Assembly (NCBI GenBank): GCA_021801225.1
Contig: JAJYYF010000002.1
Span: 317 to 64,316 of the forward strand
Direction of reading: 5' to 3'
Length of the DNA: 64,000 nt
DNA from: Candidatus Micrarchaeota archaeon
Lineage (GTDB): Archaea > Micrarchaeota > Micrarchaeia > Micrarchaeales > CABMGC01
The notes below the pieces were generated by a model, which was not told the DNA's origin, made no database searches, and saw nothing but the letters and a program-made list of their open reading frames with translations. Numbering within the stretch: position 1 is the first letter of the stretch; each line of letters begins with the position of its first letter. Both the position numbers and the translations under genes were made by a program. Positions 34,562 through 44,900 of this stretch are shown piece after piece.

Positions 34562-35032
34562 TTAATTTCTTAAGGTATCTAAATATAAAAGAGTATCAAT
34601 TCTATAAATTATACTGTCTTTTTTTACTCTTAAATTAAAATGATTTGGATATTTGGAATTGCAATCAGGATACTCTAATTTATTATATGGATTTTTTATA
34701 AAATTACTTAAGATTAAAACCTCATCATTCATGCATTCTTTATCTGTTTTTATAACTTCTTTTATTAATTTTATTCCTAATTTATCATTGTTTTTTTTAA
34801 AGAATTTTACTAGAGTATTAAGTTGATAATATAAAGTAGCTCTACGATTAAAAACCACACTTATTGGATTTAGATAATCTTCAACACCGATATTTTTGAA
34901 AGCTTTAATATAAATTTTAAAAGATTTTAAAAACTCGTTTTCAAACTCTGACAACTCGGATTTTCTGGAATATCTTTTTGAGATTATAAGTAATTTTTTG
35001 AGATTTTCTGGTTTTCTATATTCTATTTGCAT
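34562..35032 (-). CDS. Hypothetical protein
   Basis: ORF with coding-like composition; no motif recognised. Confidence 0.45.
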   Translation of the reverse strand: MQIEYRKPENLKKLLIISKRYSRKSELSEFENEFLKSFKIYIKAFKNIGVEDYLNPISVVFNRRATLYYQLNTLVKFFKKNNDKLGIKLIKEVIKTDKECMNDEVLILSNFIKNPYNKLEYPDCNSKYPNHFNLRVKKDSIIYRIDTLLYLDTLRN

Positions 35033-35202
35033 ATGTATGAATTTCTTTTTTATGATATATATACTTTATTAAATCTGGATTTTATAAGAAGTATTGCTAA
35101 AGAGGTATGATTTACAAATCAATAATTGTATTAATGTAAAAAATTATTTTTACTGCAGTTTTGATATACTTTCTTAAATAAATGTTTTAAATAAGATAAG
35201 TA

Positions 35203-36711
35203 TTATGCCATCTCTATTTTTGGTTCAGTTATGTTAGGATACTGTGGTTTTTCAGATCTCACATGTTTTCCTCTGGTTATAGAGGCTATTCCTGCAATTA
35301 TTAGTATAAATATCAGTACAATTAATGAAACCTGCATTCCAGATACAAAACCTGCAGACTCAACTGCATTTAAAGAGGAGCTGCCTACAAATATCTCAAA
35401 TGCAAGTGAACTTGGTATTGAGGAAGCAGCAGCTACAATTACAATTACAAAACTACTAACTAATCCAATGTTAGATACTAGTCTTAATAAACCTGAAGCA
35501 GCACCGTATGAAGATTTTTCTGCATTTGACATTATTGCATTGCTATTTGCAGGATAAAACATTGCACCGCCTATTCCAACTAAGCCTGAGCCGAGAACCA
35601 CTAGATAAATTGAGGAATTGAGAGTTATAGTATATAGATAAACACCTATGCCGATTATGATTAGCATAATTCCAATTGTTGCTATCTCCCTAGCGCCGTA
35701 TTTATCGGATAGTTTTCCCATTTTAGGTGCAAATATTGCACTGAGTATATACCCCGGTACAAGTAGCAAAGATGCAAAAAATGGAGAGAAACCCCTTACA
35801 CCTTGTAAATACATTATAAGCATAAATGTTGCTCCGATAAATCCCATACTTTGAAAGAACGATGCAATTAAAGAGTTTCTAAATATTTTATTTTTAAATG
35901 ATTTGAAGTCTATAGTAGGATCCTTTGATCTCTTTTCACTATAAATAAATAGTAATAGGAAAACTAATCCTATAATTAAGAGTGAGATTACTAGTAAAGA
36001 TAAGCCAGTTACTGCTACTTCTATGCCTCCATATACAAGTAATGTTATTGCTACAGTTAATAAAAGCATTCCGAGTAAATCTATCTTTGATTTTATTTTG
36101 TTCGTATCCTTAATATATTTAAGTCCTAATGCAAATGCTATTATTCCGATAGGAACATTTATGAAGAAAATATATTGATAACCTAAGAAAGTAGTTATGA
36201 AGCCTCCTAAAATAATACCTAAAACTGCGCCTAAACTCCAACCTATTGCAGTAAATCCAAATGCTCTTCCTATGCCTCCTTTTTTAAATGTGTCGGCAAT
36301 TATAGCCGTACTTGTTGATTGTAATAATGCGCCGCCTACAGCTTGTATTGCTCTGAAAAATATTAATATTATTGCGGTTGGTGCCAAGCCACAAAACAAT
36401 GAAGCGATTGTAAATATCGCAAAGCCTAAATTAAACATCTTGCTTCTTCCGAATATGTCTCCTACTCTTCCCAACTGCATCGAGAGTATGGCAGTTACAA
36501 GTATGTATATTAAGATTACCCAGATTATTGTTGCAAAGTTAGAGTGTAGAGCAGAAGTTATGGCAGGAAAAGCAAGAAGTACTATAGTACTGTCTATAGA
36601 TGCCATAATGACACCTATGGTAATTACAAAGAGTATTATATTCTCATGAACTGGCTTTTCATTTGTTTTAATACTTTCTTTTGTTTTTGTATTTTGATTT
36701 TTTTCAGGCAT
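35203..36711 (-). CDS. MFS transporter (14-TM DHA2/EmrB-like)
   Basis: About 14 hydrophobic segments. MFS motif A-like GRVGDIFGRSKM between TM2 and TM3. Confidence 0.85.
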   Translation of the reverse strand: MPEKNQNTKTKESIKTNEKPVHENIILFVITIGVIMASIDSTIVLLAFPAITSALHSNFATIIWVILIYILVTAILSMQLGRVGDIFGRSKMFNLGFAIFTIASLFCGLAPTAIILIFFRAIQAVGGALLQSTSTAIIADTFKKGGIGRAFGFTAIGWSLGAVLGIILGGFITTFLGYQYIFFINVPIGIIAFALGLKYIKDTNKIKSKIDLLGMLLLTVAITLLVYGGIEVAVTGLSLLVISLLIIGLVFLLLFIYSEKRSKDPTIDFKSFKNKIFRNSLIASFFQSMGFIGATFMLIMYLQGVRGFSPFFASLLLVPGYILSAIFAPKMGKLSDKYGAREIATIGIMLIIIGIGVYLYTITLNSSIYLVVLGSGLVGIGGAMFYPANSNAIMSNAEKSSYGAASGLLRLVSNIGLVSSFVIVIVAAASSIPSSLAFEIFVGSSSLNAVESAGFVSGMQVSLIVLIFILIIAGIASITRGKHVRSEKPQYPNITEPKIEMA

Positions 36712-36733
36712 AAATTCGACTCATTCTTAATAT

Positions 36734-37903
36734 TTAAGTATAAACTTTACCTTCCTTTAATGTTTTAGTAACTATTTTGCTTAATTGAATTTTTTTAAGT
36801 TGTTCCTTGAACTGATTCAGATTTACCGAGGTGGTTGAGTTTCTGTAATTTAATGTGCATACATCTTTATATTCTTTTGCTGAAATTTCAAATGTCTCTA
36901 TTTTTCTAGCTATCTTTACTATTTCATCTTTATCCAAACCTATTAGTGGACGAAGGATCTCGCTTTTAATTCCATAACTTTCAGCTAGGAGATTCCAAGC
37001 AGTTTGAGATGAAACCTGGCCCAAACTTTCTCCAGTGTATATTATAGGTGTTTTTTCTAGTTTGCTGATTTTATCAGCTATTTTTAGCATGAATGCCTTT
37101 AGAATTACAGTGTTGTTCCTACCTAAATCATACTGTGCAGTATAAGCTTGAAAGATACTAGATGGGAAGATATACAGCTTTGATTTTGTTGTGTAACATG
37201 AAAGTATTTTATATAACTGACCTATTTTAAGGTTATAAGCTTCATCGTTTGTATTATAAGCGTGTATATGTACAAAAATTGGCTGCAGACCTCTTTTCAT
37301 AGCAAACCAAGATGCTACCGGAGAGTCTATACCTCCAGATAAAAGGATTATACATTTCCCACTTGTACCAACAGGTAGACCGCCTAACGCTTTCTTTTTA
37401 TCTGTATATACAAATGCATGCTCCTTGGCTATACTTACATAAATCTCAGAATCAAAACCCTTGGTTGAGACCTCTATATTATTTTCATTGAGTAGTGTGG
37501 TTAGATCTTTTATTACATCTATAGAGTTAAATTGATGTTCTTTATATGATCTATGAGAGTTTATCTTTATTTTTTTAACGTTCTTTTCCTTTAGTTCTTT
37601 TATAAATCCTTCTGTTGTTTTCCTTATGCTTTTTATTGAAGGTGCAGTGACTATAGCAACCTCATATGCACTTAAACCAAAAACAGTTGAGATTTTTCTT
37701 TGTATTGATTCTGGGTCTGAGTCTTTTAATAACTTCAATATTATTCTGTCATAATAATATAACATAGAGTAATTTTCATTGATTAATGAATTTTTAATAT
37801 TTTTGATCAAGGACATTATGTATCTATTTCTATTTCTTCCCCTTAGCCATAGCTCACCAAAATGTAAAATAATCACTTTATCATTTAAAGCTAATTCTTC
37901 CAA
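36734..37903 (-). CDS. thiI: tRNA 4-thiouridine synthase ThiI
   Basis: N-terminal ferredoxin-like/THUMP region, and a PP-loop LLSGGIDSPVA (SGGxDS). TTG start in the ORF track. Confidence 0.85.
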   Translation of the reverse strand: MEELALNDKVIILHFGELWLRGRNRNRYIMSLIKNIKNSLINENYSMLYYYDRIILKLLKDSDPESIQRKISTVFGLSAYEVAIVTAPSIKSIRKTTEGFIKELKEKNVKKIKINSHRSYKEHQFNSIDVIKDLTTLLNENNIEVSTKGFDSEIYVSIAKEHAFVYTDKKKALGGLPVGTSGKCIILLSGGIDSPVASWFAMKRGLQPIFVHIHAYNTNDEAYNLKIGQLYKILSCYTTKSKLYIFPSSIFQAYTAQYDLGRNNTVILKAFMLKIADKISKLEKTPIIYTGESLGQVSSQTAWNLLAESYGIKSEILRPLIGLDKDEIVKIARKIETFEISAKEYKDVCTLNYRNSTTSVNLNQFKEQLKKIQLSKIVTKTLKEGKVYT

Positions 37904-38015
37904 TTTATCACATAATTGCGTACAATAAATATAATTAGTATAGTTAACACATTACTTAAAAGTATCTTTAAACCTTTTTATAACACTTTTAAATAAAATT
38001 AATAAATAAAAAAAA

Positions 38016-38171
38016 TTAGACGTGTTGCTCCTTAGGTCTTATCTTCCTTTTGAAAACGATGTCGAATTTGTAACATCTTCTAGAACAAAAGTATCTTGCT
38101 ACACCACTTTTTCTGATGAAAGCAAAACCAGTTCCTTGTTCTATTTCTTTTTGACAGTATGAACATTTCAT
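38016..38171 (-). CDS. rpl24e: 50S ribosomal protein L24e
   Basis: Below ORF-track cutoff. Own translation MKCSYCQKEIEQGTGFAFIRKSGVARYFCSRRCYKFDIVFKRKIRPKEQHV, a C-x2-C..C-x2-C zinc ribbon typical of L24e, in the canonical position after S28e. Confidence 0.8.
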   Translation of the reverse strand: MKCSYCQKEIEQGTGFAFIRKSGVARYFCSRRCYKFDIVFKRKIRPKEQHV

Positions 38172-38175
38172 TAAA

Positions 38176-38487
38176 TTACCTTGCCATTATTCTTTTATCT
38201 TCTCTGCTAGTGTCAGGTAACCTGATGATATCTCCTTTTTGTATTTTACCGGCAAAGTTTCGTCTTATAACTCTGCCTTTGTCTTTACCTTGAAGTATCT
38301 TACACATAGCCTGCTTTATCTCTCCATATATGCCAGTCCTACCTTTAACTACATCTACAACTTCACACAGATAACCTTCAAAATTATCTTCAGTGTTTTT
38401 ATTTTCAGAAGGTTTTTGTTGCTGTGAAGTATTAGATTCGTTTTCTGGTTTTTTTATGTTTACATCTTCAACTTTTTTTTCTGGCAT
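38176..38487 (-). CDS. rps28e: 30S ribosomal protein S28e with ~40-aa N-terminal extension
   Basis: Core CEVVDVVKGRTGIYGEIKQAMCKILQGKDKGRVIRRNFAGKIQKGDIIRLPDTSRE matches S28e. It is preceded by a polar E/K/N/Q-rich extension with no internal ATG. Confidence 0.85.
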   Translation of the reverse strand: MPEKKVEDVNIKKPENESNTSQQQKPSENKNTEDNFEGYLCEVVDVVKGRTGIYGEIKQAMCKILQGKDKGRVIRRNFAGKIQKGDIIRLPDTSREDKRIMAR

Positions 38488-38496
38488 TTATATCAC

Positions 38497-38955
38497 TTAC
38501 TCTGTCTTTTCTTCTTGCTTTTCCTTTTTAACCTCTTTCTTTTCCTTTTTTACCTCTGGTTTTTTCTCTTGTGTTGCTTCAGATTTAGCTGAACTCTTTC
38601 CTGTTACTCTTGAGATAACATCATTTATTGTTGATTGAGCGTCTCCTGGTTTCTCTATTGCAACTGATGAACAAGGAACTGTCATTCCTAATGCTTTTCC
38701 TAACTCAAGCTTTGTAGGAACATACACATAACTGATTTTCTTTTGATCACAAAGTGTAGGTATATGCATAACAACCTCTTCTGGATCTATGTCCTCTGCT
38801 AATATTACGAGTGTTGAAAGTCCTCTTTCTATGCTTTTTGTAACCTCATTTACTCCTTTTCTTACAGTTCCATTCTGCTTTGCAAGCCTTACAGCTTCAA
38901 GCGCTTTTTCAGATACTTCCTTAGATACTTCGAATTTCACGTACGATTTTGCCAT
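38497..38955 (-). CDS. rpl7ae: 50S ribosomal protein L7Ae with K/E-rich C-terminal tail
   Basis: VRKGVNEVTKSIERGLSTLVILAEDIDPEEVVMHIPTLCDQKKISYVYVPTKLELGKA core. Extra tail ..EKKPEVKKEKKEVKKEKQEEKTE. Confidence 0.9.
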   Translation of the reverse strand: MAKSYVKFEVSKEVSEKALEAVRLAKQNGTVRKGVNEVTKSIERGLSTLVILAEDIDPEEVVMHIPTLCDQKKISYVYVPTKLELGKALGMTVPCSSVAIEKPGDAQSTINDVISRVTGKSSAKSEATQEKKPEVKKEKKEVKKEKQEEKTE

Positions 38956-38993
38956 TTTATTACCTCATTTCATTGGTTTAACCATATTTAATA

Positions 38994-41186
38994 TTAATCC
39001 ATAAACTGTTGTGGTGTTGGGGGTTCTGGTGTTTGACCTTTTCTTTTTCTTATTTCTCTTACTATCTTTTCTTGTAAATCTTTTGGTAGTTTTTCATACC
39101 CTGCATATTCTGGATACCAGATAGCTTTTCCTGCAGTCAGTCCACGTATTTCATTTGAGAAGCCTTTTATTACTTCAGATACAGGCATCTTTGCAATTAT
39201 TGTTGCTTGTTCTGCTTCTTGTTGTATCTCTACTACTTGGCCTCTTTTACCTTGTACAAATGTAATTATATCAGACATATACTCTTGAGGTATGTTTATT
39301 GTAAACTTCTGTTTAGGCTCTAGCAATGATACATTTGACATTAGCATACCTGCATAAATTGGTCTTCTTATAGCAGGAAGTATCTGTGCTGGACCTCTGT
39401 GTACTGGATCTTCGTGTATTGTTGCATCTTTTATGAGAACCTTTACTCCTGAACATTTTTCACGTGCTAATGGACCATCGTGCATTGCATCTTCGAAACC
39501 TTGTATAAGAAGTTCCATTACCTCATCAAGATATTGGACACCGTGAGTTGCATTTATTAATACATTTCCATTTGCTATATCGACTACTCCTCTTGCTTCA
39601 TCTCTTACCATTCCTGCTTTTATTAGATCCTCCCAGTATTGTTTGCCCTTTGGTTTTCCATTTTTAATAGTTCCGTTTTCTATTAACTCTAAGACTCCTG
39701 GCTCTAAAGGTTTAACATCAATATAGAAACGAGTATGTCTGTTAGGAGTTTTACCTTCTACATCTTTTGCTTCTCCCTCAATGGTTTCACGATAAACTAC
39801 TATTGGTTCTGAGGTTGTTATTGGTACTTTATAATCGTCCCTTATGTGTGTTTCTATTATTTCTAGATGTAACTCTCCCATACCGCTAACTAAATGCTCT
39901 CCTGTTTCTTGATTAAGTTCTACAAGTATTGTTTGGTCCTCTTTTGATAACTGTCTTAAAGCCTCGATTAACTTCATCAAATCTCTTGTATCCTTTGCCT
40001 CAATTGCTTTTGTAACTACTGGTTGTGAGTAGTGTTTTATTTGTTCAAATGGCTCTATATCATCTTCACTTGCAGTATCTCCTATTGAGATATTTTTTAA
40101 ACCGACCAATGCAGCTATATTTCCAGCAGAGATCTGTTCTACAGTAACTCTTTCTGGACCCATATAGATACCTACTTGTTGTACCCTTTGTGGTTCTAAA
40201 ACACCAGTAGTGTGAAGCAGTGTACCTTTTTTAACTGTTCCAGAGAATATTCTTCCTATTGCAATCTCTCCGCTGTGTGGATCATTTGCAATTCCAAAAA
40301 TTACTGCGTTGACCTTTGCATTTGGATCAACATTTACCATTGCTTTTCCATTTTCACTTTCTAAATCTCCTTTCCATAACTTTTGAATTCTGTATGGTTG
40401 TGCTTCTTTTGGATTTGGTAAATGTTCAATCATCATAGAAAGAGTAGCTTCATCGATAGGTGCTACCTCTTGGAGCTTTGCTTCATTTTGTTCCTGAGTT
40501 AATTTAAAAATATCCTTAAATGTTACCTTATACTTTGACATTATTCTAGTTGAAATTGCCCATTTTTTATAAGCAGAACCAAAACAGACACTTCCGTTTT
40601 CTACACTTACCTGCCATTTTTCACCATAACCTTCAGGTGCGAATCTTTTTATTAATGTGTTAACATCTCCTATAAGTTTTAACAATCTTTCAAATGTCTG
40701 TTCTTGTGTTAATCTTAACTCGTTTAATAATCTGTCAGTTTTATTTACAAATAATACTGGTTTTGCTCTTTCTTGTAATGCCTGCCTTAATACAGTTTCT
40801 GTTTGAGGCATTATACCTTCTACAGGATCAACAACTAAAACTACTCCGTCTACTGCTCTCATTGATCTTGTTACATGACCACCGAAATCTACGTGTCCTG
40901 GTGTATCTATTAAATTTATAATAAAATCTTGTCCATTATAGTTGAAAGAAAGTGATATATCTGCTGATTTGATTGTCATTCTTCTATCTTTTTCTATAGC
41001 TTCGTAGTTTGTATATAATGCATCTCCTGCAACACTTTTTGAGATTATTCCTGCTCTAGCAAGTAATGAATCAGTAAGTGTTGTTTTTCCGTGGTGAACG
41101 TGTGCTATAATGGCTACATTTCGTATTCTCTCCTTATTGTGCATTATTTTTGCTACTTCTTCAGCTACAAACTCTTTTCTTACCAT
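38994..41186 (-). CDS. fusA: Elongation factor 2 (aEF-2)
   Basis: G1 AHVHHGKTT, G3 DTPGHVDF, NKTDR, diphthamide-loop region HEDPVHRGPAQ. Confidence 0.95.
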   Translation of the reverse strand: MVRKEFVAEEVAKIMHNKERIRNVAIIAHVHHGKTTLTDSLLARAGIISKSVAGDALYTNYEAIEKDRRMTIKSADISLSFNYNGQDFIINLIDTPGHVDFGGHVTRSMRAVDGVVLVVDPVEGIMPQTETVLRQALQERAKPVLFVNKTDRLLNELRLTQEQTFERLLKLIGDVNTLIKRFAPEGYGEKWQVSVENGSVCFGSAYKKWAISTRIMSKYKVTFKDIFKLTQEQNEAKLQEVAPIDEATLSMMIEHLPNPKEAQPYRIQKLWKGDLESENGKAMVNVDPNAKVNAVIFGIANDPHSGEIAIGRIFSGTVKKGTLLHTTGVLEPQRVQQVGIYMGPERVTVEQISAGNIAALVGLKNISIGDTASEDDIEPFEQIKHYSQPVVTKAIEAKDTRDLMKLIEALRQLSKEDQTILVELNQETGEHLVSGMGELHLEIIETHIRDDYKVPITTSEPIVVYRETIEGEAKDVEGKTPNRHTRFYIDVKPLEPGVLELIENGTIKNGKPKGKQYWEDLIKAGMVRDEARGVVDIANGNVLINATHGVQYLDEVMELLIQGFEDAMHDGPLAREKCSGVKVLIKDATIHEDPVHRGPAQILPAIRRPIYAGMLMSNVSLLEPKQKFTINIPQEYMSDIITFVQGKRGQVVEIQQEAEQATIIAKMPVSEVIKGFSNEIRGLTAGKAIWYPEYAGYEKLPKDLQEKIVREIRKRKGQTPEPPTPQQFMD

Positions 41187-41205
41187 AATAAAACCATAAA
41201 ATTTT

Positions 41206-41979
41206 TTATCTAGCTCTCTTTGCTATTCTTTCTCCTTCTAATCTCTTCTTTATTGCATAGCTATCTTGTGCTTTTGAAGAAGCAAGAATCAGCTCATCTG
41301 CAAGAGCATCAGAAAGATTCTTTTTTTTGTTAAAGGCATTGATAAGTGCCGCTAACGCTATATTTCTTAAGGCAACATCAACTCTTCTGTTTGAGCTTAT
41401 TCCCACAGCTACATTATACGAGATACCACCATATCTTACTCTAGTAGTATCCTCAATTGGTGCTGCATTTTGTAAAGCATCTATAAAAACCTGAACTGGA
41501 TTTTTGCCTGTTTTTTTGTTTATTGTATCAAAAGAGTCTTCAACTATATGTAATAATTTCAATTTTTTACCTTGTAATCTTCCTTTTGTTCTTATTACCT
41601 TTCCGCCTACCTTTTTACCTGTACCTCCTCGCATCATTTTATTTACTAATCTTTCAATTATATCAAGATGTGTTAAGTAATAAGCATGATTTTTTCGTCT
41701 TCCGAAAATATTTGGAAACATCTGTCCATTAAATCTAACGTAATTTTTTATACTCTCATCATTTACCTGTATATTAGATATGTCATACTTTCCAAATAAT
41801 TTTAAGTTCAAGGTTCTTGTCGGAGCTTCAACTCTTTTTGGTGATGACTCCATATTTTGATATTTTCTTTTACTCCTTTGAGGTCTCTCTTGAACATCTG
41901 CCTTAGCTTCTGAGATTTGTTGTGCGTCTTTTTTAGCAACATCTTCGTTTTTAATATCAGCTTCGATTGTATCTACCAT
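41206..41979 (-). CDS. rps7: 30S ribosomal protein S7 with ~60-aa charged N-terminal extension
   Basis: Core from LKLFGKYD..VNKMMRGGTGKKVGGK..FIDALQNAAPIEDTTRVRYGGISY matches archaeal S7. The N-terminal E/K/Q-rich stretch is extra. Confidence 0.9.
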   Translation of the reverse strand: MVDTIEADIKNEDVAKKDAQQISEAKADVQERPQRSKRKYQNMESSPKRVEAPTRTLNLKLFGKYDISNIQVNDESIKNYVRFNGQMFPNIFGRRKNHAYYLTHLDIIERLVNKMMRGGTGKKVGGKVIRTKGRLQGKKLKLLHIVEDSFDTINKKTGKNPVQVFIDALQNAAPIEDTTRVRYGGISYNVAVGISSNRRVDVALRNIALAALINAFNKKKNLSDALADELILASSKAQDSYAIKKRLEGERIAKRAR

Positions 41980-41984
41980 GAAAT

Positions 41985-42422
41985 TTACCTCTTAGGCTTC
42001 TCTTTTTTACCCTTTACTACCTGAAAGATGTCTGCACCGTTAACCGCTATTACTTTATATTTTAATCCAGGTATACAGCCCATCTGACCTCTCTGTGAAC
42101 CTCCTAAACCTTGTATAGTTACCTCGTCGTGTTCCTCAATCATGTTTATTGAACCGTCGTATGGTACAAAGGCTCCTACTATCTTTCCATTTTTAATTAA
42201 TTGGACTCTTACACACTTTATAAGACCGCTGTGAGGCTGCTTTTGTTGTAATACGAATTTTTTTAATACTAATGCTTTTGCCATAGGCACTGTTCCTACA
42301 GGATCATACTTTTGTTTCAACTTAAAGTACTTCCTCTTCCACCACTTTTTAAGTAGTCTTTGTTTTTTTCTTTTTCTTATAACTTCCTTTGCAGCGAACT
42401 CTCCATTTGGCAAAAATAACAC
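41985..42422 (-). CDS. rps12: 30S ribosomal protein S12
   Basis: KQPHSGLIKCVRVQLIKNGKIVGAFVPYDGSINMIEEHDEVTIQGLGG..IPGLKYKVIAVNG. Confidence 0.9.
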   Translation of the reverse strand: MLFLPNGEFAAKEVIRKRKKQRLLKKWWKRKYFKLKQKYDPVGTVPMAKALVLKKFVLQQKQPHSGLIKCVRVQLIKNGKIVGAFVPYDGSINMIEEHDEVTIQGLGGSQRGQMGCIPGLKYKVIAVNGADIFQVVKGKKEKPKR

Positions 42423-42725
42423 CTAATTATATTCCTCGTTTAAAATATTAGAGTTTCCAGGCTCAAGTACAGCTACTACATTAACTGAGTATGGTTTACC
42501 GCACAATGTACCTAACTCTAATGAATTACCATTATATTGTATAACACGTATATCGGCTACCTTACAAAGATGTAAAATATCTTCTACTATCTCTTTTTTA
42601 CCTCTTGAAGCCAGTATTATTGTTTTTGCTTTATTTTCAGTTATTGATTTAACTACCTCTCTATTTCCAAGAGTATACTTACCTGTATCTATAACAAGTC
42701 TAAGGTCATTATTAAGGTCACTCAT
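42423..42725 (-). CDS. rpl30e: 50S ribosomal protein L30e
   Basis: 100-aa L7Ae/L30e-fold protein (DTGKYTLGNREVVKSI..AKTIILASRGKKEIVEDI..). First gene of the operon, abutting S12. Confidence 0.85.
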   Translation of the reverse strand: MSDLNNDLRLVIDTGKYTLGNREVVKSITENKAKTIILASRGKKEIVEDILHLCKVADIRVIQYNGNSLELGTLCGKPYSVNVVAVLEPGNSNILNEEYN

Positions 42726-43291
42726 TTAATCAATCTTTTGGTTTGGCTTTAAAAGCCTCATTACCAAGAGCGTTGCATTGCAACTACCCAGAGTATAAAG
42801 CAAATAATAATTTAGATAAAAAAGTATTTAAACCTTTATATACATTTTAAGTAAAAATGATACCATAGTTAATTAGCTAGTCAGTAGTTAATTGAATAAA
42901 AAGAAAAACATAAATGAATAGAATTTTTTCTATTAGGTTTTTAGTTTTTTACAATACTGAAGTTATTCTATTTTAAAATAAGTAAAAGAATAAGAATTTT
43001 GTTTAGCCGCAAAAACACTTAAGATCTCAAAATAAATTCTTAAAAAGTAATTTTTAATTTCTTAATCAAATGTTAGATCAAGGATGTTTTTATTTATATA
43101 TTTTTTAAATATAACGGCCTTAAGAAAAAGCTGTGAAAGCTGTACTTAAATTTTGTTAAACATTAACTCTTATTCATATATATTATATACTAACTATTAT
43201 TTATAACCATACTGTACTGTTATGAATTTTTTGAAAATAGTAAATAAAACAAAAAATAATTGCAGAATTTATTGCAATTTTTAAAAATTAG

Positions 43292-43774
43292 TTATTTTAA
43301 TGTTTTTAAGGTTTTTTTAATTAGAGCCTCTATTTCTTCTCTTTTTGAAAATACATTTTTGTAATTTATCTCATTAAAAATATCGTCAGGTAAAGCCCAC
43401 CGATAAGATGAGTTTTCATAACTCAACTTTATATCCGCTCTATCAGTTAAAAAGATAAATAAATGATTATACCACCTTTTACCAGACCTTATGTCTTTTA
43501 TAAGTGTTCTGACTGGTTTAAAAATTAGTTTTAAATCATTTTTTTCGAATGATATCTCTTCATGTATCTCCCTATAAGCTGTTTCTAAGTATGTTTCATT
43601 TTCCTCTTTGCCACCAAAAAGAAAAGACCAGATACCTCTATTTTGTATAATAGGAAGATTTCTTCTTTTAATTAATAATATTCGCTGGGTTTTTTTATTT
43701 ATTATGACAGCTGCAATGCCTGGATGTGTCTCAGGTCTTGAATTTTTATTTTTTTTGCTTAACATATGACTCAA
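43292..43774 (-). CDS. NUDIX hydrolase
   Basis: Nudix box GGKEENETYLETAYREIHEEISF (G-x5-E-x7-REUxEExGU pattern). Confidence 0.8.
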   Translation of the reverse strand: MSHMLSKKNKNSRPETHPGIAAVIINKKTQRILLIKRRNLPIIQNRGIWSFLFGGKEENETYLETAYREIHEEISFEKNDLKLIFKPVRTLIKDIRSGKRWYNHLFIFLTDRADIKLSYENSSYRWALPDDIFNEINYKNVFSKREEIEALIKKTLKTLK

Positions 43775-43849
43775 ATTTAAATGTTAGACAGATAACTAAC
43801 TAAGGAGTAGGTATATTAATATTTTCAATAAAAAAGAGTATTTGATTTT

Positions 43850-44899
43850 ATGGCAGGTATTGTAGGTTACGGAGTCCATGTTCCGCGTTACAGAATTAAG
43901 GTTGAAGAAATTGCTAAGGTATGGAATGATGATCCTGAAAGTATTAAAAAAGGATTGAATATTATTGAAAAAAGTGTTCCTGCAATTGATGAAGATGCTG
44001 CAACAATAGCAGTAGAAGCCGCTAGACGAGCAGTAACTCATAGTGGAATTAATGCTAATGATATAGGTGCTTTGTATGTTGGATCTGAGTCACATCCATA
44101 CGCAGTAAAACCTACAGCTACAATAGTTTCACAAGCTATATTGACAGGAAATAAATTAACAGCTGCTGATTTAGAGTTTGCATGTAAAGCAGGAACAGCT
44201 GGAATACAGATGTGTGCTGGATTAGTAGATAGTAAAATGATTAAGTATGGTATGGCCATAGGAAGTGATACCTCACAAGGAAGACCTAGTGATGCATTAG
44301 AGTATACAGCAAGTGCAGGAGGAGGTGCTTTTATAATAGGTAGTGATAAATCAGAACAGATAGCTGAGATACTTAAAACAACAAGTTATACCTCAGACAC
44401 ACCAGATTTCTGGAGAAGAGAAGGTGCAGCATTTCCTTCACACGGAGGAAGATTCACTGGAGAACCAGCATACTTCAAACATATAACAAATGCAACAAAG
44501 CAGTTATTTGAGATGACAGGATTCAAGGCCAGCGACTTTAATTATGCAGTTTTTCATCAACCGAATGGAAAGTTCCCCATAGTAGTTTCAAAGGCTCTTG
44601 GTTTTGAAGAAAAACAGATTAAGGATGGATTATTAACACCAGTTATAGGAAATACTTATTCAGGAGCTTCGATGTTGGGTTTGGCAGCAGTTTTAGATAT
44701 TGCAAAGCCAAATGAAAAGATACTTTTGACAAGTTTTGGTTCAGGAGCTGGTAGCGACTCCTTTGCTATTGAGGTCAAGGATAAAATAGATGAAAAAAGA
44801 AGTAGATTAACTAAGGTAAATGATATAATTAATACAAGAAAGATCTACATAGATTACTCAAATTATCTAAAAAATAGAGGAGGAATTAAAAAAATGTGA
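43850..44899 (+). CDS. Hydroxymethylglutaryl-CoA synthase (archaeal type)
   Basis: [16 protein letters not shown] start, catalytic Cys region [22 protein letters not shown] His motif, C-terminal SFGSGAGSD. Confidence 0.9.
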   Translation: MAGIVGYGVHVPRYRIKVEEIAKVWNDDPESIKKGLNIIEKSVPAIDEDAATIAVEAARRAVTHSGINANDIGALYVGSESHPYAVKPTATIVSQAILTGNKLTAADLEFACKAGTAGIQMCAGLVDSKMIKYGMAIGSDTSQGRPSDALEYTASAGGGAFIIGSDKSEQIAEILKTTSYTSDTPDFWRREGAAFPSHGGRFTGEPAYFKHITNATKQLFEMTGFKASDFNYAVFHQPNGKFPIVVSKALGFEEKQIKDGLLTPVIGNTYSGASMLGLAAVLDIAKPNEKILLTSFGSGAGSDSFAIEVKDKIDEKRSRLTKVNDIINTRKIYIDYSNYLKNRGGIKKM

Positions 44900-44900
44900 T

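Noticed and set aside
36197-36649. 150-aa and other antisense ORFs inside the MFS transporter gene (35231..35557, 35648..35854, 36197..36649)
   Set aside because: These are shadow ORFs of a hydrophobic-protein gene. The minus-strand product has a coherent 14-TM MFS architecture.
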